Shown here: positions 27,326 to 36,441 of the stretch, one piece after another | How positions within the stretch are numbered: the first letter of the stretch is position 1 | Layout: each line of letters opens with the position of its first letter | Assembly (NCBI GenBank): GCA_965224485.1 | Contig: CBDCZH010000015.1 | Location: 64,001-128,000 of the forward strand | Reading direction: 5' to 3' | Source: Arcobacteraceae bacterium | GTDB lineage: Bacteria; Campylobacterota; Campylobacteria; Campylobacterales; Arcobacteraceae | Length of the DNA: 64,000 bases | Program-made: the position numbers and the translations under genes | The notes under the pieces: generated by a model | What the model was told of the DNA's origin: nothing | Seen by the model: the letters and a program-made list of their open reading frames with translations, nothing else | Database searches by the model: none

Positions 27326-29434
27326 TTAATTTAATTTAACACCTTTTATAGAATTAAGTAATAATCCTATTGTTGTTCCATTATGTAACACAGCAGTTGT
27401 CATAGGAGAAAACAATCCAAGTGTTGCACCTGCTAAAATAACAGAATTTATACCAACAGTTGCATTAAAATTCTTAGTTATTAAACTCATAGTATTATTA
27501 GCATACTCTTTTGCTTCAACAACAGCTGCTATATCATCTTTTAATAAAGATACATCAGCAGTAGCTTTAGCTATATCAGCACCCTTACTCATAGAAATAC
27601 CAACATGAGAAGATATTAAAGCAGGAGCATCATTAATTCCATCACCTATAAAAGCAACCTTACGCCCATTTCCCATCATCTCTTTTACTATTTTTGCCTT
27701 ATCTTCTGGTAAAAGTTCAGCATGAACTTCTGTAATTCCTAAAGCATCTGCTATCATTAGCGCTTTTTTACTTGTATCACCTGAAAGCATAACTATATTT
27801 TTAACACCTAAGTCTCTTAGTTTAGCTATTGATTCTTTTGCATTATGTCTTAAATCATCAGCTAATTCAATAGTTCCAAGTAACTCATGATCATAACCTA
27901 TGTATAAAAGAGTTTTACCATCTTCTAAGGATTTATTTATCTCTTTTTGATGTTTAACAAAAGAAATATTTTCATCATCTTGTAAAAAATGTCTTGAACC
28001 TATAATTACTGTTTTTCCGTTAACTTCAGTTTTTACACCGTGCGCTACAATAAATTCAACTTCTTCATGATGCATATGAACAAAACCGTTTTGTTTTGCA
28101 GCTTTAACAACAGCATCAGCAACTGGATGAAAATAGTGTTCTTCTGTACTAGCAGTTAAATTTAAAATCTCTTCTTTAGTCCATTTTTTACTATATGAAA
28201 CAACTTCTATAACTTCAAGTTCACCAGAAGTTAATGTTCCTGTTTTATCAAAAACAAAAGTATCAGCACTAGCAAGTGCTTCAATAGATTTAGCACCTTT
28301 AATCATAATACCATTATGTCCAGCTTTTGAAATAGTTGATTTAAAAGCAACAGGAGTAGCTAGTTTTAAAGCACAAGAATAATCAGCTTGTAAAACAGAA
28401 GCTACTCTTTCAAAATCCCTTGAAAAAGCATAAGAAGCAGCAGCTAGTCCTAAAGTAACAGGAACTAGTTTATTTGCTAATTTTGTTGCTTTTAATTGAA
28501 CAGAAGACTTTTCATTAATTGAGTTTTCAATATAATGTTTAATTCTTTGAGTCGAAGTATTTTCGCCAACATACTCAGCCCAAATTTTTATACGTCCTTC
28601 TTCTATAACTGTTCCAGCTATTACTCTATCACCTCTACTTTTAGCAACAGGTTCAGCCTCACCTGTCATAGAAACTTGATTAACAGAAGCACTTCCATGT
28701 ATAATATGCCCATCAATTGCAATTGTACTTCCGGCTCCAACAACAACTATATCACCTGTTTTAATCTCGCCTACTGAAACTAAAACTTCTACAGTTTTAT
28801 CACCCTCTTTTCTTTCAACCCAAGCTTCTTCTACATTTGGTTTAGATAACTCTTTTAATAAATCGTCACTTTTATGAACAGTAGTTTCTTCAATATATTC
28901 ACCTAATTCTAACATTGCATTTGTAGAATTTGCAGCTAAATAATCTTTTCTTAAAATTGAAATACCAACTGCTGCACTTTCTAGTACTTTAGAAGTAAGA
29001 CCTTCTTGAAATAACTCTTTAGCTCCTCCTATTAATAAAGGCGCTGAAGCAAAAGTAGTAATAGCAGCTTTTGACATATCATTGTTTACAAATCTCTCCC
29101 CTACTAAAGCAGAACTTGCACGAATTAGTCCTTTTAAACTAGGTTCTTCTTCACTTACACAAGATACGCAAACTGATGCTTCACTTTTTTGATTTAATAA
29201 ATCATCAATACTTAAAGAAGATAAACTCTCTTCTATTAAAGTACATACCTCATCACTAGTAAAATCAAAAACTATACTATTTGCTTTTTTATTAACTCGT
29301 AAAGTTATAACTCCAGGAATTTTTTTTAAAAAAGATATTAATATATTTTCATCAATGTATTGTTCTTTTAACAAAGAAAATTTATATCTAGCTCTGTTTT
29401 TTGTAAAATGTACTCTTTTAAATGTATTACTCAT
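27326..29434 (-). CDS. fezB: P1B-6 type heavy-metal ATPase, FezB-like
   Basis: DYSCALKL, DKTGT, TGE, HP, GDGINDAPA, HNGTT; N-terminal H..NRARY motif; few hydrophobic helices. Confidence 0.82.
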   Translation of the reverse strand: MSNTFKRVHFTKNRARYKFSLLKEQYIDENILISFLKKIPGVITLRVNKKANSIVFDFTSDEVCTLIEESLSSLSIDDLLNQKSEASVCVSCVSEEEPSLKGLIRASSALVGERFVNNDMSKAAITTFASAPLLIGGAKELFQEGLTSKVLESAAVGISILRKDYLAANSTNAMLELGEYIEETTVHKSDDLLKELSKPNVEEAWVERKEGDKTVEVLVSVGEIKTGDIVVVGAGSTIAIDGHIIHGSASVNQVSMTGEAEPVAKSRGDRVIAGTVIEEGRIKIWAEYVGENTSTQRIKHYIENSINEKSSVQLKATKLANKLVPVTLGLAAASYAFSRDFERVASVLQADYSCALKLATPVAFKSTISKAGHNGIMIKGAKSIEALASADTFVFDKTGTLTSGELEVIEVVSYSKKWTKEEILNLTASTEEHYFHPVADAVVKAAKQNGFVHMHHEEVEFIVAHGVKTEVNGKTVIIGSRHFLQDDENISFVKHQKEINKSLEDGKTLLYIGYDHELLGTIELADDLRHNAKESIAKLRDLGVKNIVMLSGDTSKKALMIADALGITEVHAELLPEDKAKIVKEMMGNGRKVAFIGDGINDAPALISSHVGISMSKGADIAKATADVSLLKDDIAAVVEAKEYANNTMSLITKNFNATVGINSVILAGATLGLFSPMTTAVLHNGTTIGLLLNSIKGVKLN

Positions 29435-29458
29435 TTTTATTATCTCTTATATTAATTT

Positions 29459-29797
29459 TTATTTACTTTCCATTTGAGCTCTTGCATCTTCATATCTCTC
29501 TTTTATCTCTTCCATTCCAGCTTGAAATAAATCACTAGCTTTTGAAGCAGCACCCATAACTTTTTCTTGAGCACCTTTATTAGTTAATAAAAAAGTAACA
29601 GCAGCTCCAATTAAAGCTCCTTTAATAAAATCACTTTGATTAAAACCACCCATCATTCCTGCTTGATTATTAGCTTTATTATTTGCATTCATAGGAAGAT
29701 TATTACCCACATTTTGATTAAGATATGGATTTTGATTAACTACATTAGTATTATTTACTTTTCTACTACTTTCTATATTCATATCATATTGATTCAT
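29459..29797 (-). CDS. GxxxG/YtxH-like protein (fez accessory)
   Basis: Asn-rich N-terminus, DFIKGALIGAAVTFLL, C-terminal EEIKERYEDARA. Confidence 0.75.
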   Translation of the reverse strand: MNQYDMNIESSRKVNNTNVVNQNPYLNQNVGNNLPMNANNKANNQAGMMGGFNQSDFIKGALIGAAVTFLLTNKGAQEKVMGAASKASDLFQAGMEEIKERYEDARAQMESK

Positions 29798-30159
29798 TAT
29801 TTACTCTCTTTTAATGTTTTATTAACTTTTTTAGGCATCATTTTAGCCTTATACTTTTCATCTAATACTTCAATAGCATAAATACCTGCCATTCCTACAG
29901 ATAAAGCATAAAGTGCTTTCATAAAACCACCTTTTTGTCCAATAAAATTAGATGTAGCAATTGCTGCACCTGTTGTTATTGCACCTTGAGAAGTTAATTT
30001 AACAGTATCAGCAATTGCTTGTGAAGTAGATATCTTTTTATCTACTACTTTTTTATAGTTTATAGTTCCAGAAACAATAGCAGATGCAACAGCTCCACTT
30101 ACAATATGACCTACAACATTTCTAGGTTCACCTGTATTAATCATTATTTCATTTGTCAT
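29797..30159 (-). CDS. small Gly/Ala-rich membrane protein (fez accessory)
   Basis: GHIVSGAVASAIVSG, GAITTGAAIA, VGMAG; TAATG coupling. Confidence 0.75.
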   Translation of the reverse strand: MTNEIMINTGEPRNVVGHIVSGAVASAIVSGTINYKKVVDKKISTSQAIADTVKLTSQGAITTGAAIATSNFIGQKGGFMKALYALSVGMAGIYAIEVLDEKYKAKMMPKKVNKTLKESK

Positions 30160-30440
30160 TAATCTTCCTTAGGCTTAGTTTTTCTAACTCTTTTTTTAGT
30201 ACTAGCTTCAGCTACTACTTCTTCTTCTTCTTCTTCAAGTTTTTTTTCTTTAGTATAAGCAGATTTAATACTACTTGTTACATCACAGACTACTTCTTTA
30301 CCTTTTTGAAATGAGTTTACTGCTAAATCTTTTGATTTATCAACTACTTCATCAACTCTATTCTTTAACTTATCACTTTTGTTAAAAGCAACTATCGCTC
30401 CTGCACCTACTGCTAATCCTAAAATAAATGGTAATGCCAT
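30159..30440 (-). CDS. small N-terminal GxxxG protein (FezA-like)
   Basis: MALPFILGLAVGAGAIVAF followed by a charged helix. Confidence 0.75.
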   Translation of the reverse strand: MALPFILGLAVGAGAIVAFNKSDKLKNRVDEVVDKSKDLAVNSFQKGKEVVCDVTSSIKSAYTKEKKLEEEEEEVVAEASTKKRVRKTKPKED

Positions 30441-30443
30441 AAC

Positions 30444-31115
30444 TTATTCCTTGTTGTTTTTATTATATGTATTTAAAAGTGCAATACCTGCACTTCCAAT
30501 TGCCGCTCCTGAAATCATTGAAATATTCATCTTTCCTAAAAGCTGAGTAATCTTTGCCTCATCCATATTTCCACTTGTAATATCTTCTAATAACTCTTGA
30601 TATTCTCCTACTTTACTCATAATATTATCACTAGTAAAAGTTTCATCTGCATTATTTGAATTATAAGCTAATACAGAAGCTCTAAATGCTGGTAGATGAT
30701 TATTATAAGATGCTGCTTGTAACTTATATAAGGTATCTTTTATATCAAGTTCATCTGTATGCTCAATTAAGTTATCATACATCTTGATATTATTAATCTC
30801 AGCAGCTACTCCTAACTCATAACACTCAAGTAAGGTAGCTGGAACTTCAATTTTATTAGCCCAGTCATTAATAGGTATATTAACTCCATATTTCTCACAT
30901 AAAGGCATCAAAGCTGTATAATGCACTGCTTCTGCTTCTTTTATATTTACAAATGGATTTACATTACCAAACTTTTCAATAATTGCTACATATGTTTCAT
31001 AAGCATGAAATTCATCATATACAGCAATTCTTAAAACTTGAGAAATCACAGTTTGATCAGAATTTAAATCAACCTTTTGCGATATTAATACTTGTTCATC
31101 TATATTTGTTTCCAA
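30444..31115 (-). CDS. ferritin-like (DUF2202-type) protein with C-terminal GxxxG helix (FezD-like)
   Basis: DEFHA, EAEAVH, AAEINNIKMY, ASYNNHLPAF; tail GAAIGSAG; TTG start with GGAGG. Confidence 0.8.
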   Translation of the reverse strand: METNIDEQVLISQKVDLNSDQTVISQVLRIAVYDEFHAYETYVAIIEKFGNVNPFVNIKEAEAVHYTALMPLCEKYGVNIPINDWANKIEVPATLLECYELGVAAEINNIKMYDNLIEHTDELDIKDTLYKLQAASYNNHLPAFRASVLAYNSNNADETFTSDNIMSKVGEYQELLEDITSGNMDEAKITQLLGKMNISMISGAAIGSAGIALLNTYNKNNKE

Positions 31116-31430
31116 TTAAGAAACCTCCTTCATTAGTTTATTTATTAAACTTGTTATTTCATCTAAATTTTTCTTAGCTATTAAATCATCCCATAATTGT
31201 TTTGGGAAAATTTCTGGATTATACATAATAGTAACAGAACCAATAATTTTTTTAATTTTTATACTAATAATACCATCTATTTGATTTGGCAAGTTTTCTA
31301 TATCATTTATACTTATATTCGAACCTTCTTTTTTTATCTGTGAACTAACTCTTACTCTTAGTCTTCCAGGAGTATGAGCTATAATAGAAAAGTAAGAAGC
31401 TATTTTAATTATGTCATCTGTATTTATCAC
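31116..31430 (-). CDS. HMA2-like domain protein (FezC-like)
   Basis: HTPGRLRVR...DGIISIK...GSVTIMY; GTG start. Confidence 0.8.
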   Translation of the reverse strand: MINTDDIIKIASYFSIIAHTPGRLRVRVSSQIKKEGSNISINDIENLPNQIDGIISIKIKKIIGSVTIMYNPEIFPKQLWDDLIAKKNLDEITSLINKLMKEVS

Positions 31431-31493
31431 TATTTTTACCTTTGTTATGTCTAATTTTTACCTATCAAATATTAAAAAAACCTTAATATCAAC

Positions 31494-31687
31494 TTAGAAT
31501 CATTATCATAAAAAATAATTTTATTACTTAAAGTGATTATAATATTTTTTTTCATTAATTTATTTAAAAATTTAAATTAGTATAATTAATTATTTATTAA
31601 AATGATATTAATTATCATTATAATTACTTTAATGTAGCTTTAAATTTAATTGTATTATTATTACGTAAGTTATGATACTAGTTATCA
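31494..31687. promoter_or_regulatory. divergent fez/feo promoter region with three Fur boxes
   Basis: TTAGAATCATTATCA (31494), TGATATTAATTATCA (31603), TGATACTAGTTATCA (31673). Confidence 0.78.
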
Positions 31688-31711
31688 TTCTTATTATAAA
31701 AAGGATATGAC

Positions 31712-31942
31712 ATGACCCTAGACAAACTAAAAGTTAACCAACTTGCGATTATACATGATATTAAAGCAGAAGTAAATCTAAAATCAAGATTTAACTCCTT
31801 AGGAATAACAAAAGAAACAAATGTTCAGATTTTGGCAATTACACTTGCAAAAAAAACACTTATTTTACTTGCAAATGATACAACCAAAGTAGCTTTACGA
31901 TTTTCTGAAGCAAAAAAAATAGAGGTATATGATGTTAAATAA
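31712..31942 (+). CDS. feoA: ferrous iron transport protein A
   Basis: MTLDKL...RFNSLGI...VALRFSEAKKIEV; upstream of feoB. Confidence 0.88.
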   Translation: MTLDKLKVNQLAIIHDIKAEVNLKSRFNSLGITKETNVQILAITLAKKTLILLANDTTKVALRFSEAKKIEVYDVK

Positions 31943-34055
31943 AAAGTTTAGAAGTGAAAAAATAATTAAAATAGCTTTAGTTGGTCAACCTAATGTTGGT
32001 AAATCAATGCTAGTTAATTCAATTTCAAACTCAAAATTAAGAGTTGGAAATTTTCCTGGTGTTACAGTTGAAAAGAAACAAATAAACTTTAAATATGAAG
32101 GATATAAATTTATTGTAACTGATTTACCTGGTGCTTATTCATTAAATGATTATACTTTAGAAGAAAAAGTAACTAAGCAATACCTAGAAAACGAAGAGTA
32201 TGATATTATTTTAAATGTTCTTGACTCCACAAATTTACAAAGAAACTTATATTTAACAAATGAATTATTAGCTCTAGAAGAAAAACTTGTAATTGCTTTA
32301 AATATGAGTGATGAAGCAAGAGATGAAGGCATAATAATTGATTCAAAACATATGTCTGATATTTTAGGGGAGCCTTGTATTAAAACATCTGCTAAAGAGA
32401 AAACTGGTATTAAACTTTTACTTCAAACACTTATTCAAAAACATGAAGGTAAAAAAATAAATTCAAAATTAGTTTATTCTACTGTTATAGAAGAAGAAAG
32501 TAAGAAAATTATGAATTTTTTAGAAGAAAAAAAATATAAAAGTAAAATGTCATATAAAAAAATTGCTATTGAACTTTTAAAAGAAAATAAAAATGTTTAT
32601 ACAAGTCTTAATAATGATCCAATTTTCATAGAACTCCAGATAATTCTAAGCAAATCATTAAACCATATTTATACACACTTTAATACTAAAGATGTTGAAG
32701 ATATTTTTGCAGATGAAAGAAACTCTTTTGCAAGAGGAGTAGTAAAACAAACTCAGAAGAAAGAACATAATAAGAAAAAAGACTATACAGCTGTAATAGA
32801 TTCAATACTTATACATAAATATTTTGGATTACCAATCTTTTTAATTTTTATGTGGTCATTATTTCAATTAACCTTTGAAATTGGAAGTATTCCTATGGAT
32901 TATATTGATCAAGTATTTGCTTTATTAATTGATAAAACTAAAGAAGTATTAGGAGATAATGATATATCATCTATGATAGCAGATGGTGCAATTGCTGGCG
33001 TTGGAGCTGTAGTTTTATTTGTACCTAATATAATAATTTTATTTTTTGGTATTGCTTTACTTGAAACAACAGGATATATGAGTAGAGTTGCTTTTTTATT
33101 AGATGGAGTTTTTCATAAATTTGGCTTACATGGAAAATCTTTTATTCCTTTGGTTTCTGGATTTGGATGCTCTGTTCCTGCTTATATGGCTGCAAGAACT
33201 TTGAAAAATGAAAGAGATAGATTACTTACACTTTTTATAATTGGATTTATGTCTTGTGGAGCTAAACTTCCAATATTTGTTCTATTTATTGGTGCATTTT
33301 TTGCTCCTGAAGATGCTGGTAATATATTGTTTTTAATTTATATATCTGGTGCTTTATTTGGTTTATTAGCTGCAAAAGTTCTTAAAATTGTTGTTTTTAA
33401 AAATGAAGATGAACCTTTTGTAATGGAAATGCCTAAATATAGATTACCCTCATCAAAATTGATTTGGCATAGTGTTTCAGGATCAGCTTTAATGTATTTA
33501 AAAAAAGCTGGAACATATATTTTAGCTGCATCAATATTAATTTGGTTTGCAAGTAATTATCCTAAGCATTTAGAAATAGAAGAAGAGTTTAACCTTAAAA
33601 TAGAAAATATTTCTAGTGATATTAAAAAGCAAGAATTAAAAAACGAACTAGCTTTATATAATCTAGAAAATTCATATCTTGGGAAACTAGGGAAATTCTC
33701 AGAACCATTTTTTGCTCCCTTAGGTTATGATTGGAAAATGTCAGTTGCTTTAGAAACTGGACTAGCAGCAAAAGAAATTGTTGTAGCAACTTTAGGTATT
33801 CTATATGGACTAGGAGAAGATAATGATGAAACAAGTGATTCTTTAATTCAAAAAATTAAAACAGCTATCCCTTTCGCATCAGCAATATCATTTTTAGTAT
33901 TTTCTATGATATATTTACCTTGCCTTGCAGCATCTATGGTATTTGCAAAAGAAGCAGGTGGATTTAAGTACTTAGCTTATTTATTTGTATTTACAACAGT
34001 AACGGCTTGGAGTTTTGCTTATATTGCGTATAACGTAACATTAGCTTTAACATAA
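31929..34055 (+). CDS. feoB: ferrous iron transport protein B
   Basis: GQPNVGKS, NFPGVTVE, DLPG, GFGCSVP, FVMEMP, YLPCLA. Confidence 0.96.
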   Translation: MMLNKKFRSEKIIKIALVGQPNVGKSMLVNSISNSKLRVGNFPGVTVEKKQINFKYEGYKFIVTDLPGAYSLNDYTLEEKVTKQYLENEEYDIILNVLDSTNLQRNLYLTNELLALEEKLVIALNMSDEARDEGIIIDSKHMSDILGEPCIKTSAKEKTGIKLLLQTLIQKHEGKKINSKLVYSTVIEEESKKIMNFLEEKKYKSKMSYKKIAIELLKENKNVYTSLNNDPIFIELQIILSKSLNHIYTHFNTKDVEDIFADERNSFARGVVKQTQKKEHNKKKDYTAVIDSILIHKYFGLPIFLIFMWSLFQLTFEIGSIPMDYIDQVFALLIDKTKEVLGDNDISSMIADGAIAGVGAVVLFVPNIIILFFGIALLETTGYMSRVAFLLDGVFHKFGLHGKSFIPLVSGFGCSVPAYMAARTLKNERDRLLTLFIIGFMSCGAKLPIFVLFIGAFFAPEDAGNILFLIYISGALFGLLAAKVLKIVVFKNEDEPFVMEMPKYRLPSSKLIWHSVSGSALMYLKKAGTYILAASILIWFASNYPKHLEIEEEFNLKIENISSDIKKQELKNELALYNLENSYLGKLGKFSEPFFAPLGYDWKMSVALETGLAAKEIVVATLGILYGLGEDNDETSDSLIQKIKTAIPFASAISFLVFSMIYLPCLAASMVFAKEAGGFKYLAYLFVFTTVTAWSFAYIAYNVTLALT

Positions 34056-34060
34056 AAAAA

Positions 34061-34095
34061 ATATATAAGATATGAATTTTTCATATCTTATATAT
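34061..34095. terminator. bidirectional hairpin between feoB and fur paralog 2
   Basis: ATATATAAGATATGAA-TTT-TTCATATCTTATATAT. Confidence 0.7.
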
Positions 34096-34106
34096 GTATA
34101 ATTAAT

Positions 34107-34553
34107 TTATTGACAAGATGAGCAAATACCATATATTGTCATAGTATGGTCTTTTAACTCAAAATTATTCTCTTTAGCAACTTTAAGCTGTTGATCTTCT
34201 ATTAAATCATCAGTAAACTCAAAAATTTTATGACAAGCTGTACAAATAAGGTGATCATGATGTAAAGAAAGATTAAGCTCATATCTTTTAACTCCATCAC
34301 CTACATCTAAAGAATCAATTATATTCATCTCTTCAAAAAATTTCATTGTTCTATATACTGTTGCAATTCCTATATCAACTTTATACTCTTTTTTAGCAGT
34401 GCTTACAATTTGTTCTGCACTTAAGTGATCATTTGAATAATATAATATTTTAAGAATGTAATCTTTTTGTATAGAATTCTTAAACCCAATTTTTGTTGCA
34501 TGTTCTTTAAAATTTTTTAAAAATTTATCAAAACTTATTTCATAGTTGTTCAC
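34107..34553 (-). CDS. Fur family regulator, paralog 2
   Basis: HLSAE, GIATVYR, HHDHLICTAC, YGICSSC; GTG start with AAGGAG. Confidence 0.88.
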   Translation of the reverse strand: MNNYEISFDKFLKNFKEHATKIGFKNSIQKDYILKILYYSNDHLSAEQIVSTAKKEYKVDIGIATVYRTMKFFEEMNIIDSLDVGDGVKRYELNLSLHHDHLICTACHKIFEFTDDLIEDQQLKVAKENNFELKDHTMTIYGICSSCQ

Positions 34554-34705
34554 TATTTGACTCCTTTAGCTATTGTTATAAGCACATTAAATATTTAAAA
34601 AGAATCATATCTAAAAAATTACGCAAAAGCTGTAATTCTGACACTCTTTATCATTTAATATTAAGAATCATTATTCTACATAATCTTTACTTAACTAAAT
34701 ATTAA

Positions 34706-34771
34706 TGATAACAATTATCGTTCTAATTTACATTTAAGAAAATTTTTAGTATTATTTGATATTTATTATCA
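34706..34771. promoter_or_regulatory. two Fur boxes in the divergent fur2/hypothetical region
   Basis: TGATAACAATTATCG (34706), TGATATTTATTATCA (34757). Confidence 0.75.
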
Positions 34772-34785
34772 AAACAAGGAAGAAA

Positions 34786-35169
34786 ATGATTGGATTAGCC
34801 TTAATAGGAACTCTTGCTAGAAATGCAGTAGTTGGTGCTATCATAACAAAAACAATTGATACACTTTTAGTATCAAGAATAAACAGAAATTTTGAAGAAA
34901 AAAAATGGATTAGAGATAAAAAACTTGATTTATTTGCAAATTTGTCAGAAGAATTATTAATTTTAGATAATAATAACTTACAAAATAGTTTAAGAAATAT
35001 TAAAAGATCTTTTGCTAGACTTATTCTACTTTTAGATGACAAGAAAATCATTAATGAAATTGATTCATATGTTCAAACAATAAACTCTTTAGAAATAGAT
35101 GATAGACAAATAAATAAAATTAGTTTAGAATTAATTTATAAACTAAATAATAATATTAGAAAAGCTTAG
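34786..35169 (+). CDS. hypothetical protein with hydrophobic N-terminus
   Basis: AAGGA SD favours ATG 34786; MIGLALIGTLARNAVVGAII then a helical domain. Confidence 0.75.
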   Translation: MIGLALIGTLARNAVVGAIITKTIDTLLVSRINRNFEEKKWIRDKKLDLFANLSEELLILDNNNLQNSLRNIKRSFARLILLLDDKKIINEIDSYVQTINSLEIDDRQINKISLELIYKLNNNIRKA

Positions 35170-35171
35170 AT

Positions 35172-35513
35172 TTATTGTATTTCAAACTCAGTTAAATAGG
35201 TAGCTTCCTTATCAATAACTTTAAAAGTCCATATGCCTTTCTCTCGCCCAGATAAATATCTAAGATCATAAATTGAACCATGACCTTTTGCTAAAAGAAC
35301 TTCTCTTTGTCTTGAAACTTCACCCTGTGGATTTATCCAAATAAACTCAATAAATCTATCTTCTTGGGATCTTGTTTGCTCATACTTACAAATAATAGAA
35401 TTTTCTTTCTCTAAAACTAAACAATCTATCTTTTTTATATCCCCAGTTAATTCAGAAGAGAATAAAAAAGTATTAAATAATAAAACTATAAAAAATATTT
35501 TATTCATCTTCAT
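35172..35513 (-). CDS. exported hypothetical protein, probably a beta-sandwich
   Basis: Signal peptide; WINPQG...GIWTFKV. Confidence 0.7.
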   Translation of the reverse strand: MKMNKIFFIVLLFNTFLFSSELTGDIKKIDCLVLEKENSIICKYEQTRSQEDRFIEFIWINPQGEVSRQREVLLAKGHGSIYDLRYLSGREKGIWTFKVIDKEATYLTEFEIQ

Positions 35514-35712
35514 CCTTTATTTCCATATATTTTAACAAAAAATATTTTAAAGGAGAATAAAATGTAGTAAAAAATAATATTGCTAGTATTAATTGTGATA
35601 TTTTTTCCCAAGAAGTATCTTCAAAAAAATACTTTGAGAAATAATATGAAATAACAAAAGATAAAAAAGCAGTTAATAGTAAAGATATAAGAGATACAAT
35701 ATTATAATTCAT
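35500..35712 (-). CDS. small 2-TM membrane protein
   Basis: Overlaps both neighbours; hydrophobic. Confidence 0.6.
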   Translation of the reverse strand: MNYNIVSLISLLLTAFLSFVISYYFSKYFFEDTSWEKISQLILAILFFTTFYSPLKYFLLKYMEIKDEDE

Positions 35713-36439
35713 ATTTCTTCCATATAACTTCTTCGCTTATTTTAGCTCTGTTTTTCATAACTTCAAAAGGTTTATATGAAAGTTTATAGCCCATTGAAGG
35801 GTGGTCTTTTATCCAATAACCTAAATATATATAATCTATTTTTAACTCTTTTGCTATTTTTATTTGCGCTAAGATAGAATATTTACCAAGTGATAATTCT
35901 TCATAATCATGATCATAAAAACAGTAAATTGAAGATAATGTTTTTGGTAAAACATCAGTAAGTGCAACAGCTACTAATTTATCATCTATCATATATAAAA
36001 ACTCTTTAGCATAAGACTCTTTACCTTCACAATAAGATCTTGAATATTCAATTGGTTCAATAGCAGTATGCTTCCAACCTTTTTTAATACTCATTCTTTC
36101 ATGATATTTATCATACAGTTTTAAATGATCTAGGGTTAAACTAGGAGCTTGAATATATAGTTTGGTATTTTTATTTTTTGCTAATACTCTTTTTTCAGAT
36201 TTAGAAAACTTGTAATTTTTAACATCAATTCTCATTGAAATACATTTAGTACAATTCTTACACTCAGGGACAAAGTGCATTTTTCCAAATCTTCTCCAAC
36301 CTCGCTCTAGCATTTTTTGATACTCAGACGCTGGACAAGAGTGCATATACTTATATCTTATATCTGATATTTCATTGTCAAAATATGAACAATCTTTTTT
36401 TTCTTCAAGAAATTCAATATTTTCTTCAACTAACTGCAT
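35702..36439 (-). CDS. ate: ATE1-like arginyl/aspartate-glutamate leucyl transferase (Bpt)
   Basis: CSYF, GWRRFG, PECKNCTKC, SIYCFYD, SLGKYSIL, YLGYWI, MGYK. Confidence 0.9.
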   Translation of the reverse strand: MQLVEENIEFLEEKKDCSYFDNEISDIRYKYMHSCPASEYQKMLERGWRRFGKMHFVPECKNCTKCISMRIDVKNYKFSKSEKRVLAKNKNTKLYIQAPSLTLDHLKLYDKYHERMSIKKGWKHTAIEPIEYSRSYCEGKESYAKEFLYMIDDKLVAVALTDVLPKTLSSIYCFYDHDYEELSLGKYSILAQIKIAKELKIDYIYLGYWIKDHPSMGYKLSYKPFEVMKNRAKISEEVIWKKYEL

Positions 36440-36441
36440 TT

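Noticed and set aside
2110..35171. Iron region as a mobile genomic island
   Set aside because: No integrase, transposase, tRNA or flanking direct repeats seen; composition looks like the flanks by eye
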